64,000 nt of DNA, from assembly GCA_965552055.1 (NCBI GenBank), contig CBEVQO010000010.1, positions 16,712 through 80,711 on the forward strand, given 5' to 3'. The notes beneath the pieces were generated by a model. The model worked only from the letters and a program-made list of their open reading frames with translations. It did not search any database and was not told the DNA's origin. Made by a program: the position numbers and the translations under genes. Origin of the DNA: an uncultured bacterium. GTDB lineage: Bacteria; Hydrothermota; UBA3073; NMUJ01; CBEVQO01. Shown one piece after another: positions 19,774-30,539 of this stretch (the stretch's first letter is position 1; the number at the start of each line of letters is the position of its first letter).

Positions 19774-21364
19774 ATGAAAGTAACCATTGCTTTAATTATC
19801 TTTATCTTTTCACTTACTTTGTTAAAATTAGGGCAACATATAACTCAGGATGAGATTCTTTATTATCTTTCTGCCCAGAAAGTAGCAAAAGGTGAAAAAT
19901 GTAGATTGCCTGCTTATTCGCCTCATCTTTACTTACAAAGTTTAATTTTGACTTTTAAACTCTTCGGAAGCAATGAAAAAACAGGAAGAATACCCTCAAT
20001 TTTTGCTATACTTATCGCTCTATTTTTAATTCATTATATAATAACGAGAGAAGGCAAAAATAAACCCCTTGCGTCTTTATTCTCATTAATGTTTTTATCA
20101 ACCCCCCTTATCTTTCAGGGGATTTTCATATTCATAATTGACACCTGTTTACTTACAGCTACTGTGACTTTATTATGCATCGCTTATTTAATCACATTTA
20201 AATATAACAAAAATTACTTTTTATTATTTTTTGCCACAACAATTGCATTTTGGACAAAAGTCACAACTCCTTCAATTATTTTCATCATCTTAATTTTATT
20301 TACTTTATTTTCAAAAATTCAGCAAAATCAAAAAATAAAAATCATAACTTCCTTATTGTCGGGATTACTTGCTTTTATTTTAACATGGTACATTTATTGT
20401 AAATTAATGGATGTTCAATTTATTAAACCTTTTCTTTATGCTTTTGGAGCTTTCAAGTCAAAAACCCGTTTTTCTTCTCAAATTATTAATAACATTTTGT
20501 TTTCCGCTTTATGGACAGGAATTTTTCCTTTAGTTTTATTTGCTTTGCTTTCCATTGAAAGAATAAAAGAAATTTTCTATGAAAAAGAAATCATTCCTGA
20601 AGATATTTTTTTGCTATGTGGCTCAATAACATTTATAGGTTACCTTTTTACAGGAGGAGCTATTTTTGGCTTTCCAAAATATCAGTGTCCATCTATTGCA
20701 CTGCTGTGGATTTTCTCAGCAATTTATCTTACAAAGAGATATAAGAATTTCCAAAAAGCCGATAAATACTGGATTATCGCAATAAGTGCGTTTTTAATTC
20801 AATTCTTTTTTATCGGCGATTTAATCTATATTTTGCGGTATAAATTGCGATATGCGATGGCTTTTGAATTAGCAACTAAACCTATCGTAATTGAAATTTT
20901 CTCAAAATTATCTTATTATGCTATTCTGATCGCCATTTTACTATGGACTTATTTAAAGTTTTCTAAAGAAAAAGTGATTTTCTCTTTGATTTACACTGCA
21001 TTAGGTACCAACTTAGGTATCATTGCTTTACAAAGCAAAGCAGATTATCATACTGGATATAATTATGGTGGTAAGGGGGCTTTTTGATGTCTGCAGAATT
21101 TTAAGAAACTATCCTGAATACGAAATAATAGCGCCCGATGAAGTAATTTATTATCTGGGAAAAGAAACCTATATCCCTGACCATCGCTGGAGGGATACAC
21201 TCTGGATTTGTCAAAAATTAAATAAAAAAGCCATCTTAGTTTACTCTATTGTCAGCAATACAATCGAGCAAATAAAAACACTGCGTAAATGCAAGAAAAT
21301 CAAAAATATGTTGAAAAATTGTAAAAAATATGAGATAGGCAGCTATATCATTTATCATTTTTAG
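19774..21364 (+). pseudogene. ArnT/PMT-like GT-C membrane glycosyltransferase, split by a frameshift near 21075-21085
   Basis: ORF 19774-21087 (TQDE..Y, GR.PS) ends at GGGGGCTTTTTGA; deleting one base joins it to ORF 21023-21364 (…GKGAFDVCRIL…). Confidence 0.65.
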
Positions 21365-22851
21365 GAATGTAAATTTTATATCTCCCTTTTTTGGCTATTA
21401 AAGTATATTTAGTATTTATAAATTTTTCAATCAGAGGACATTTTTCAATAAAATCCTTATCCCAGCCCCACCAGAATCCTGTACCGTGTATTATAACTTT
21501 AGGAAAATTTAATGTAAGTTCATTACATACTCTTTTTTGTTTATTCACCGAAGGCAAATATATTAAATCAATAAAGGAATCATAATAAGTGGGATTCTTT
21601 CTACTTGTTAAAGCGTATATCGGTGGAGCATACCATGGAGTAACAAAAATATAATCTTTTTGCGAGGTATTTTCTTCAACAAATTTTATTATCCAAGTTA
21701 ACGACTCAGCTTCAGTTTGATTTTTATATAGCAGTATTCCTCGAACTGTATTAACTCGATAAACTGGTGGCCAGATCATTTTTAAAGTTTTGCCGTAAAA
21801 TAAAGGCATTTTTAATAGCAAAATAAAAATGAGAATATCTAAAACCCATTTTATCACCCTTATTCCCACCCATATTCGCATAAATATTATGAGGAAAATG
21901 AAAGCACTTATAGATGGCGAAAGATGTGTCAAATCCGATTGTTTTACTGCTTTTATAAAAGCAAAAGCACCCCACAAGAAAAACAAAAGAAGAATAATTT
22001 TTTCTTCAAATACTTTTCTGTGTAAAATAAAATAATAGATGAAGAAAATAACCTGTATGACTCAAAATATAAATACCATTAATTTTTTTAAAATTTCTAA
22101 AATCTGCTAACAACGCTTTTAAAGCTGATTTTGCGTTACAAAAATAAGGAATGTCAATAGCTGTACCATGTTGCACACTCTGAATAAGAAGTTGTTTTAT
22201 CATTACCGGTAAAATTTTTATAAAAGGAAGATAAAATACACTTGCACTGCAAATTACACCTATAATAAATTTTAGTAATAATTTCTTTTTATGTAAAACA
22301 ATCAAACATATTATTAAAGCAACTAATAAAGCTCCCGTTAAAAATACTTTGAAAAATAAAGAAATACCTATAAGAATTCCAGCACGCAGAATAAAATTTT
22401 CTTTTTCCTCATTCAAATATTTTAAAAAATAATGAACAGAGATTAGCTGTAATAAAAAATGCAAATGAAGATAAGTATGTCCGATATTTAACGCCACAAT
22501 ACCTGCATAATAAATCAAAAATGAAGCCAGAAAAGCATAAAAAATATTCTTGGTGTTTTCTTTTACTAAAATAAATGAATAAACACCACAAAGTGAACTT
22601 ATCAAAACCGAAAAAACAAGAACAATGTTTATGTTTATACCAAAAATTTTATAAATTAAAGCCGGAAAATAAACTTCACCAGGTGGAAATAACAACCAAA
22701 AATCCTTGTAAGGTAAATCACCATTCAAAACCCTAAACGGATTGTTAAGATACTCAGAAATGTCACCTGTAATGTTAAAGAAAATATAAGGAAAGGCACT
22801 AAAGAAATATACAACAAAAAGTATTATTGAATATTTAATTCTTTTATCCAT
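21348..22851 (-). pseudogene. GT-C-like membrane protein split into ORFs 22006-22851 and 21348-21986
   Basis: N-part GDLPYKDFW..FPPG; C-part DYIFV.P..P.IY.LT.RKNP; the downstream frame is open back to ~22060 and overlaps the upstream stop. Confidence 0.6.
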
Positions 22852-22858
22852 TTACAAA

Positions 22859-22922
22859 ACTATAAATAAAATTTAACTTTGTCAAGATTAAACACTTGAC
22901 ATAGAAATTTAAATGGTAAAAT
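22859..22922. promoter_or_regulatory. Divergent promoter pair, both with N15 spacers
   Basis: Minus: TTGACA(22885-80)-N15-TATAGT(22864-59). Plus: TTGACA(22896-901)-N15-TAAAAT(22917-22). Confidence 0.7.
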
Positions 22923-22928
22923 TAGAAA

Positions 22929-23720
22929 ATGGAAAGTCTTCTTCTTAGGATAAGATACCATCTGCGCTTGTTAAGGAAATTAAAAAAGTTAAGAGAAATT
23001 GTATCTTTCAAAGATATTTTGATTGAAATTATTTTTGATAGGCCCTGCAACCCTATGGTTCTTAAAAATGGTTTTAAAATCTATCATTTTGGCGAAAGAA
23101 TAACTTTTAAAATTTTTTACGACATTTTCGTATCCGAAGAATATACTTCAAAATTCCTGAAGATTGAAAATGGTGATACAGTCGTTGATATTGGCGCACA
23201 TATCGGCTTATTTACCATATTTGCAAAATCAAAAGCAAAATGCAAAATTTACTGCTATGAACCGCATCCACAAAATTTCCGGATGCTGATAAAAAATATA
23301 GAAGAAAACAAACTGGAAGATGTGTTTGCCTATCCTTTTGCAGTAAGTAATTCTTCGGGTATAGAAAAATTGTATCTAAATGGTCAATCAACTTTGCATT
23401 CAATGGTGCCATCTTCAAAAAAGAATTATATCAATGTCAAAAGTGTCACTTTATCAGAAATTTTTGAATCAAATAATCTCAATAGAATAAATTTTCTCAA
23501 AATGGACTGCGAAGGAAAAGAATTCGATATCATACTTTCAACTCCAAAGAACTTATTAAAAAGGATCGACAAAATTTCACTCGAATTCCACGAAGAAAGT
23601 ACAAATTACAATCAATATGACCTCCAAAAATATCTATCAGAATGTGGTTTTAAAGTAATTATATCAACCGCTATAAGCACGCCTCTGCTCGGTCATTTAT
23701 TTGCTTGGCAAATCAGGTAG
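22929..23720 (+). CDS. FkbM-family methyltransferase
   Basis: VVDIGAHIG.F, YEPHP.N, LKMDCEG.E, LEFH. Confidence 0.92.
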   Translation: MESLLLRIRYHLRLLRKLKKLREIVSFKDILIEIIFDRPCNPMVLKNGFKIYHFGERITFKIFYDIFVSEEYTSKFLKIENGDTVVDIGAHIGLFTIFAKSKAKCKIYCYEPHPQNFRMLIKNIEENKLEDVFAYPFAVSNSSGIEKLYLNGQSTLHSMVPSSKKNYINVKSVTLSEIFESNNLNRINFLKMDCEGKEFDIILSTPKNLLKRIDKISLEFHEESTNYNQYDLQKYLSECGFKVIISTAISTPLLGHLFAWQIR

Positions 23721-24687
23721 GAACCTCTTCACTCTCCTCTTTCCTCTCTTCTGCTTCTGTGCCCTTGCGACGGAAAATCATCCCAAGGGTTAAAAGAATT
23801 AAAAGAGGAATTCCCAGAAATATCAAAAGAAATTTAAATCCAGAAAATATCTGCAAATTCAAAGTGAATCTATTTAGATTATAAAGAATAAAAATCGCAG
23901 ATATGTAACATAAGCCAAAATTCAAAAATGGGTCGTTTGACCTTCCAAGTTTTAACCCTTTAAATCTTTTTTTCGTAAATGGATAAAATAAATTTGCACC
24001 CATGTGACCAAGCATATCCGCAAGAATATGCGATGAAAAACCCAAAAAAGCAACAAGAAAATGTAATTTTGAGATAAAAAGCAGAGGCAAAGATAATAAA
24101 AATCCTACAGTAAAACTATGAGACCATTTTCTATGCCATGGAATGAAAATTACTTCAACTTTATCTTTTACTCTTTGGAAAAGCAAAGTAGGACCGTTGA
24201 AAATATTTATCTTTGTTTCTTCTTCATAAATATCTTCTGACAATTCTGCTTCAAATTTTGCCCTCGCCTCAATTCCCTCTGGTATTTCACCTATCGGTGC
24301 ACCACTTGTACTTACAACGGGACCCAATTTTACAATCACTTCTTTATTTTCTCTGTCGAATTTTACAGAATATTCCTGCCAGTGGTCAAATCCCAATCTC
24401 AAAGTATGTAATTTTACATTTTGAGGGTTACCTTTCCATGCTTTGTCAATGGCATCTGCAAGACCCTCTGCAATCTCTTTTAAATTGAGATTAACAGGGT
24501 CAATATCAAATTCTTTATCAAATTTTTCAAAAAATTGTGCAAATTTAAAATCGAGAGTATCTGGTAGCAACCCATAAACACCACCGAGCAAAAGAATTAA
24601 TGATTTTTCATCGAAAGTGAGCGAAACTGCTTTCTGCAGGAATGTGCCAGACATCAACCCAACCATAAAATGAGTAAATCCTTTCAT
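23713..24687 (-). CDS. Metal-dependent membrane hydrolase (YdjM-like)
   Basis: TH, LPD.LD, WHRKWSHS, SHILAD motifs. Confidence 0.8.
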   Translation of the reverse strand: MKGFTHFMVGLMSGTFLQKAVSLTFDEKSLILLLGGVYGLLPDTLDFKFAQFFEKFDKEFDIDPVNLNLKEIAEGLADAIDKAWKGNPQNVKLHTLRLGFDHWQEYSVKFDRENKEVIVKLGPVVSTSGAPIGEIPEGIEARAKFEAELSEDIYEEETKINIFNGPTLLFQRVKDKVEVIFIPWHRKWSHSFTVGFLLSLPLLFISKLHFLVAFLGFSSHILADMLGHMGANLFYPFTKKRFKGLKLGRSNDPFLNFGLCYISAIFILYNLNRFTLNLQIFSGFKFLLIFLGIPLLILLTLGMIFRRKGTEAEERKEESEEVPT

Positions 24688-24724
24688 CCCTTATCATCAA
24701 ATTTATATTCGTTTAAGAATTATG

Positions 24725-25231
24725 TCAATAATTAATTAGCACGAATTTTCTTATCGCATTGAACTTTTCTGTACGCATCACTACGAAATAAATACCAGAT
24801 GGCAGTTTCTTAAGGTCTAAATTCAATATATAACAACCTGCTTTCTGATTTTCGTTTACCAGATTTTTTATCAATCTCCCTGTTATGTCATACATTTTTA
24901 TCTCTACTTTTGATGTTTTAGCCAATCCATATCTTATGGTTAATCTGCCTTTCGTAGGATTGGGATACGGCATGCTCATAAAAAATCGCTTTATATCATC
25001 TGGTTTCTCCTTGATAGCGACTATTTTTATCGTTTCATAAGTATAAAAACCTGCCTGTTCTATGTAACCTGTATCTTTTGACTCGCCTGTTATAGATTGT
25101 GCTCCTGCAAATTTTAAAAGGAAGCTGTCAGAATTTGCACTCCCGCCGAAGCCTGAAAATGTTGATTTCAGCAGGATATATTGTGCATTCAGGATATTGC
25201 TTAAAAATATCAGTAAGATTAATTTTTTCAT
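24725..25231 (-). CDS. Small secreted protein with T9SS-type C-terminal sorting domain
   Basis: Signal peptide MKKLILL; short N-domain (…EQAGFY); PYPNP…YDITGRL…LPSGIYF. Confidence 0.8.
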   Translation of the reverse strand: MKKLILLIFLSNILNAQYILLKSTFSGFGGSANSDSFLLKFAGAQSITGESKDTGYIEQAGFYTYETIKIVAIKEKPDDIKRFFMSMPYPNPTKGRLTIRYGLAKTSKVEIKMYDITGRLIKNLVNENQKAGCYILNLDLKKLPSGIYFVVMRTEKFNAIRKFVLINY

Positions 25232-25260
25232 TTTACCCCCTTGATGCCTTCTATCCATAT

Positions 25261-27177
25261 TTACTTTGCAAATTCAAACCGCTTGTTTTCAAATCCCTTG
25301 CGCTTTGCCACTACTCGGTAATCAAATTCAACATTGGATCTACCACCTCGTAATTCAATCACATCAAAACCGGTTTTACCTTTCACTACATATACACCAT
25401 TGCAATCGCCATTAAGCTGAATGAACACTCTCATGGGATGCTTTTCATCAATTGTAACTGCTTTCAAAAATGTCGGATCAAGCTCTATGTGAGCCCTGCC
25501 GTTTACAAGTTTGCCACTGCCAAAATCTTCCACCCATACTTCTGGGCTTTCCTGACAATAAATAAGGCGCTTTTTGCCATCAATCGTAACAACAGCATTT
25601 TTTGCACCTGTCACCACCAAATTACCCTGAACAAGAAGACCACCAACAATATGCAAGGTAGATTCAGGTGAAGTGGTGTTGATTCCGACTTTCATGCCTG
25701 ATGGAGCGTAGAATATCACTGCATTTGAAACAGAGGTAGAGAAATTACTACCAAACCCAAATGAAGTATCTCCTTTGACTCTAACTTTATAACCTGTTGC
25801 AAAAGAGTAAGCTCCTGAAACAGTATCACTATATCCACCTGGTACTGTAGCACAGTAACCGAGTGCAGCGTTATAGTATCCGCCACTTACTGTTGAGCAA
25901 AAATTGCTTGCAGTATTGCGGTCTCCGCCACCTACTGTTGCATAGTATGCACTTGCAGTATTTAACTGTCCGCCTCCTACCGTCGATTTCACACCACTTG
26001 CAGTATTATAATATCCACCACTTACTGTTGCACACGAGCCACTTGCAGTATTAGACTCTCCACCACTTACTGTTGCGTGCCTGTCACTTGCAATATTAGA
26101 CTCTCCGCCTCCTACTGTGGCATATGATGCGCTTGCTATATTATCACACCCGCCACTTACTGTCGCAGCCCACCTACTTGCAGTATTGGAATATCCACCG
26201 CCCACTACTGCAGCATCTCCACTTGCAGTATCACCCAATCCACCGCCTACCGTTGACCACCAGCCACTTGCAGAACAGGAGTCACCACCGCTTACTGTTG
26301 CATAGGGCGTGCTTGCGGTATTGTGGTACCCGCCACCCACCACTGCACACGAGTCGCTCGCAATATTATATTTTCCACCGCTCACTGTTGCGTGCCACCC
26401 GCTTGCAGTGTTATCGCCTCCGCCACTTACCGTTGCATAATCATTGCTTGCAACATTATTTCTTCCACCTGATATTACACAATAAATGTGATTTTGTCCT
26501 GCAGCACCTGTAGTGCAGCCGACCCCGAAATTGATATGAGTATATCCGCTATCTCCATAAAGCACATTTGATTGACGCATCGCCAGTCCATAATTAGAAG
26601 AAGGATAAAGAATATTGCCAATGAGAATCCAATCTTTGTCTGTCTTCGCATAATTAGCTGTATCTGCATATATTGCGTTATGCGCTACACCTGCCGAATC
26701 CACATAGTTTATATTTGTTACCACTGCATACTTCGCTGTATCTGCATAGGTAGCAGTATCTGCACGATTTGCCTGTAATACCTCACCCATCACATTCGCA
26801 CCTGTCACATAGTTTGCAGTATCGGCAATAATAGCTCGTATAGCATAACCAACTGATACCAATTTTTTGCGAGGTAAAAGTGTTTCATCACCTATTTTTA
26901 TCTCAAGCCAGAGAGAGCCACTTGTGAAGATGTCCGCTGGTAGAGGATTAACGCTACCGAGTATCACATTGAACACCCCTCGTGTTACCTTTACATTTGT
27001 ATGTGTTTCAGTCCATAGCACTGTGCCTCCTGTTTCTGCATCATAGAGTGTGAATGTCATGTCGAAAGTGCCTGTCACACCCGTAGTGTCGGTCGCCCTG
27101 CCGAGCCATCCCTGATAGTTTATTTGATGAGGAACACTGGCTACAAAAAATACGACCGCCAATACATACGCCATCAT
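25261..27177 (-). CDS. Secreted fibre/adhesin-like protein with 15-aa beta-helix repeats and chaperone-like C-terminus
   Basis: Signal peptide, P..INYQG.L N-domain, ADTA neck repeats, ~14 NxAS...ATV[SG]GG repeats, C-terminal ESPEVW.EDFG...YRVVAKRKG; SD GGAGGT before 27177. Confidence 0.75.
   Translation of the reverse strand: MMAYVLAVVFFVASVPHQINYQGWLGRATDTTGVTGTFDMTFTLYDAETGGTVLWTETHTNVKVTRGVFNVILGSVNPLPADIFTSGSLWLEIKIGDETLLPRKKLVSVGYAIRAIIADTANYVTGANVMGEVLQANRADTATYADTAKYAVVTNINYVDSAGVAHNAIYADTANYAKTDKDWILIGNILYPSSNYGLAMRQSNVLYGDSGYTHINFGVGCTTGAAGQNHIYCVISGGRNNVASNDYATVSGGGDNTASGWHATVSGGKYNIASDSCAVVGGGYHNTASTPYATVSGGDSCSASGWWSTVGGGLGDTASGDAAVVGGGYSNTASRWAATVSGGCDNIASASYATVGGGESNIASDRHATVSGGESNTASGSCATVSGGYYNTASGVKSTVGGGQLNTASAYYATVGGGDRNTASNFCSTVSGGYYNAALGYCATVPGGYSDTVSGAYSFATGYKVRVKGDTSFGFGSNFSTSVSNAVIFYAPSGMKVGINTTSPESTLHIVGGLLVQGNLVVTGAKNAVVTIDGKKRLIYCQESPEVWVEDFGSGKLVNGRAHIELDPTFLKAVTIDEKHPMRVFIQLNGDCNGVYVVKGKTGFDVIELRGGRSNVEFDYRVVAKRKGFENKRFEFAK
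25810..26470 (-). repeat. ~14 tandem 45-bp coding repeats
   Basis: Recurring plus-strand CC[AG]CC[AG]C[CT]TACTGT…CTTGCAGTA; coordinates approximate. Confidence 0.85.
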
Positions 27178-27237
27178 AACACCTCCTTCCTGAGGCACTT
27201 AACACTTCCTTCTTGCCCGAGAAGAAAGTGTTTTCAA

Positions 27238-27264
27238 ATTATAACTGCGATACCACGATGTCAA
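27238..27264 (-). promoter_or_regulatory. Perfect TTGACA-N15-TATAAT promoter followed by a 5' hairpin (27201-27232)
   Basis: -35 at 27264-59, -10 at 27243-38. Confidence 0.75.
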
Positions 27265-27311
27265 ATATTTTTTTGAAATTGTTGACAATTCTATAAAATG
27301 TTTATTAATTT

Positions 27312-27614
27312 GTGATGGAAACGAGATTGAGGTCGATAATGAAAGCAATAAGCTGGCGAGTATGCGCTATTATAGTCCTCATAATAATTTCCTATTTCGT
27401 GACCCATAGCTGGAAAGAAGTTACTTATATTACAATCCTCTATCATGGTTTTCAGATTTTCTTTTATTATGTTCATGAAAGATTATGGACGAAAATACCC
27501 TGGGGCAAGAAAAAGCATCCACTGTCTGACCTTCCAGTGAAAGAGAACATAACAAAAGAAGACCTGAAAATAATTGCTCAAAAACTTAAAGAACTTGGAT
27601 ACATTGAAGATTAA
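27312..27614 (+). CDS. DUF2061-domain membrane protein
   Basis: RSI.KAISWR…YY.HERLW..I.WG. Confidence 0.88.
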   Translation: MMETRLRSIMKAISWRVCAIIVLIIISYFVTHSWKEVTYITILYHGFQIFFYYVHERLWTKIPWGKKKHPLSDLPVKENITKEDLKIIAQKLKELGYIED

Positions 27615-28696
27615 AAAATCTTTAAAGATTTCTCTTTTATCAATGTTTTGAATTTATAGGGATATTCTATTTGTAGCTCTTTTTTACCGCAGGGTGGCTC
27701 ATCAGGGTATGGACAATTTATGCAATCTGCTGTGCAATCAATTTTTACAAATTCTCCTTTTTCATTTTTCACAAATACATAACTTCTTTCTGCACCACCA
27801 CAATGCCTTATGTTCTTAGAATCAAACTCACGGGGTAACTCCTGACAGACAGAATATGTTAATCCCAAACTCTCTGTGTAATTCCTTAAATGTGTGTGTA
27901 TCTCCTCCCTTAAGCGCCTCGGTAACATATATCTTCCTTTCTCACATGGCTTATAATATTTCAATATTGTAAACTTGCGATGACGAAAAGGAGTTTTCTC
28001 AAGATGCTCAATAAATCTGTAAAGTGAATCCGAATTAAAATAACATGTTGAAGTTATTACATGTTTTATTCCTATTTCCGCCATCTTTTTAATAAGCCAT
28101 TCTGCTTCTGAAATCTCTGTAAGACCATAAATTATGGGGTCAACCCTTCCTATCACTTCTATCCCCATGTTATGCAATTTTCTCATAACTCTTAATCTTT
28201 CTTCAATTTTTGAAGCATTTGGACTTGTTACTATCTGCTTTGATGGAACTGTTTCCACACTAAATTCAATATACCAGTAGGGATAATTTTTTAGCTGGGG
28301 CACTTCTTCAATAAGCCATTCCGCACCTTCTGCATTTTTTGTAACTATTCTAAAACTTACACCATATTCCATTAAAATTTTAACTATCTCTTTTGTAATT
28401 TCTCTTACTTCTTTTAGAGGTTGAAGCACATCGCTCACCTGACTCAAGTAGAAAGGCGGTGCTATATCTATTTTTTCGAGTTCTTCTCTCAATTTTTGAG
28501 GCACATTTTTATAAATTATTATCTTTTCTTCGCTCCATGGATATGCTTTTGCATAGCACATTGGACAATTATGGATGCATGAACCAGAGTGAGTTACGGA
28601 AATGAGAGCCGTATGAGGGCATTTGCGACCCTCACGGGGATACGGAAAATCATGAATTACATTACCTTTTAAAATTCTATATTCAATTTCTACCAT
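27611..28696 (-). CDS. Radical SAM protein (spore-photoproduct-lyase-like family)
   Basis: CIHNCPMCYA (CxxxCxxC), I.TK, RVDPII. Confidence 0.85.
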   Translation of the reverse strand: MVEIEYRILKGNVIHDFPYPREGRKCPHTALISVTHSGSCIHNCPMCYAKAYPWSEEKIIIYKNVPQKLREELEKIDIAPPFYLSQVSDVLQPLKEVREITKEIVKILMEYGVSFRIVTKNAEGAEWLIEEVPQLKNYPYWYIEFSVETVPSKQIVTSPNASKIEERLRVMRKLHNMGIEVIGRVDPIIYGLTEISEAEWLIKKMAEIGIKHVITSTCYFNSDSLYRFIEHLEKTPFRHRKFTILKYYKPCEKGRYMLPRRLREEIHTHLRNYTESLGLTYSVCQELPREFDSKNIRHCGGAERSYVFVKNEKGEFVKIDCTADCINCPYPDEPPCGKKELQIEYPYKFKTLIKEKSLKIF

Positions 28697-28705
28697 TCTA
28701 AATTT

Positions 28706-28771
28706 ATTCTAATTATGATTTCAATAAGTCAATAAAACTTTTTCTTGACTTTTTATGTTGATGAATATATT
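28706..28771. promoter_or_regulatory. Divergent promoter pair, both with N15 spacers
   Basis: Minus: TTGACT(28732-27)-N15-TAGAAT(28711-06). Plus: TTGACT(28745-50)-N15-TATATT(28766-71). Confidence 0.65.
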
Positions 28772-28777
28772 TTATTG

Positions 28778-29728
28778 ATGAGTAAAGCAAAAACAATCTT
28801 CAAAGAGCTGTCGTTATTCCCGATAAATAGAAAAGAGGCATTCCTTAAAAGGTTGAAAGGTAAAAATCATAGATATAAAAGGTATTTAGGCTCTCCTTTG
28901 CGCTATGCCGGTGGTAAAAGTTGGGCTGTAGGCTATATTATAGAAAACATCCCTGAAAATATCCCGAGATTAATCTCGCCTTTTTTCGGAGGAGGTTCTG
29001 TAGAAATAGCCGTAGCAAAAGAATTAGGAATAGAAGTAATCGGGTTTGATATTTTCGACATTCTCGTTAACTACTGGAAAGTACAAATTGAGAAGCCTTA
29101 TGAGTTATATTTAGAATTAAAAAAATTAAAACCCACAAAAGAAACTTATGAACAAGTAAAAGAAGAATTAAAAAAACACTGGAAAGGCGAGAAGACATTA
29201 CCCCCTTTGAAATTAGCAGCATATTATTACTTTAATCATAATCTTTCTTATGGTCCTGGTTTTCTTGGCTGGATGTCGAGTGTATATGCTAACGAAAAAA
29301 CATACGCTAACTTACTTGAAAGAGTAAAAAATTTCAATGTAAAGAATATAAAAGTTGAATGTGCTTCTTTTGAGGAAGTTATTCCGAAATTTAAATACGA
29401 TTTCCTTTATTGCGACCCACCCTATTATCTTGGAGAAGACAGTAAATTATTCACAGGACTTTATCCGCAGAGGAATTTTCCCATTCATCACAATAATTTT
29501 AACCACGCGTTGTTGAGAAAACTTTTATTAGAACATAAAGGTGGGTTTATCCTTTCATATAATGACTCACCTACAATAAGAGAGTGGTATAAGGATTTCA
29601 GAATAATCGAAATTCCGATTCGTTATACAATGGGGCAAGGTGAAACAAGAATTGGTGTAAATCGCAAAAAAGAAAACAGAGACCATACAAAAACAGCAAT
29701 TGAATTGCTTATAATTAAAGAAAGATGA
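28778..29728 (+). CDS. Dam/D12-class N6-adenine DNA methyltransferase
   Basis: SPLRYAGGKS, SPFFGGGSV, CDPPY, ILSYND; start refined to ATG 28778. Confidence 0.93.
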   Translation: MSKAKTIFKELSLFPINRKEAFLKRLKGKNHRYKRYLGSPLRYAGGKSWAVGYIIENIPENIPRLISPFFGGGSVEIAVAKELGIEVIGFDIFDILVNYWKVQIEKPYELYLELKKLKPTKETYEQVKEELKKHWKGEKTLPPLKLAAYYYFNHNLSYGPGFLGWMSSVYANEKTYANLLERVKNFNVKNIKVECASFEEVIPKFKYDFLYCDPPYYLGEDSKLFTGLYPQRNFPIHHNNFNHALLRKLLLEHKGGFILSYNDSPTIREWYKDFRIIEIPIRYTMGQGETRIGVNRKKENRDHTKTAIELLIIKER

Positions 29729-30510
29729 CACACAAAAAGAAAGCAATGACATCAGAGAAAGCAAGGTATGTACGAAGAAAAGGACATGAGGATGCTAAAA
29801 AATTTGCTGAATTAATGGGAGGCGAAGAATATAAAGTTGAACCAACTGGTAAGCCAGATGTAATCGGACCGGGAGGAATCAGATTTTCTGTTAAAAGTGG
29901 ACAGAAAAAATGGCAAATTTTTCTCTACTCTAAATCACGATTCCAAACGGATGAGAATTTCACAATGAAATTGGGAAATTTATTCTTAGAATGTATTGAA
30001 TGCTTTCCTGAGAAACGAGAAGATTATTTAAAAGACAAAAGAAAATATAAACTGAAACTCATTAAACCTATGCAAAAAATCTGTGAAGAATTACAAAATA
30101 AAAATACATTGCGATGGTTTTTATATAAAAGCTTATTCGACCAAGGTGTAGAATATCTCGTAATTAAAGAAAAAGAAAGGGATATTTTTCATGTCTTCCA
30201 CAAATCTGATGTAATTAAAACATTAGCCGAAAATTTTAATGTCGTAAATTCAAAAGCAAGAAGAGAAGGTGAAGTTGATGCTCAAAAAGTTGTTTTCAAA
30301 ATCAAAATTAATGACAAAGACAAGACTTGCGGTGAGATTGAAATGCAAAATGATAGCGAAGTCCATTATAGAGAAATCAAATTCTGGTTAGATAGAAACT
30401 TAACCTTTGAATTATTAAAATCTAAAATTGGAAATTCAGAAGAAATTAAAGAAAATATTATCTTTTATGGAGAAGCGTCAAGTAAATTAAAAAAATTATT
30501 TAAAAAATAA
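29725..30510 (+). CDS. Probable type II restriction endonuclease
   Basis: ATGA-coupled to the MTase; KPDV…SVKS PD-(D/E)XK-like motif. Confidence 0.65.
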   Translation: MTHKKKAMTSEKARYVRRKGHEDAKKFAELMGGEEYKVEPTGKPDVIGPGGIRFSVKSGQKKWQIFLYSKSRFQTDENFTMKLGNLFLECIECFPEKREDYLKDKRKYKLKLIKPMQKICEELQNKNTLRWFLYKSLFDQGVEYLVIKEKERDIFHVFHKSDVIKTLAENFNVVNSKARREGEVDAQKVVFKIKINDKDKTCGEIEMQNDSEVHYREIKFWLDRNLTFELLKSKIGNSEEIKENIIFYGEASSKLKKLFKK

Positions 30511-30539
30511 AAAACAACGGATATATTTATTATACAAAA

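Noticed and set aside
25810..26470. CRISPR array or DGR template/variable repeat
   Set aside because: In-frame 45-bp coding repeats; no reverse transcriptase and no adenine-specific TR/VR pair seen
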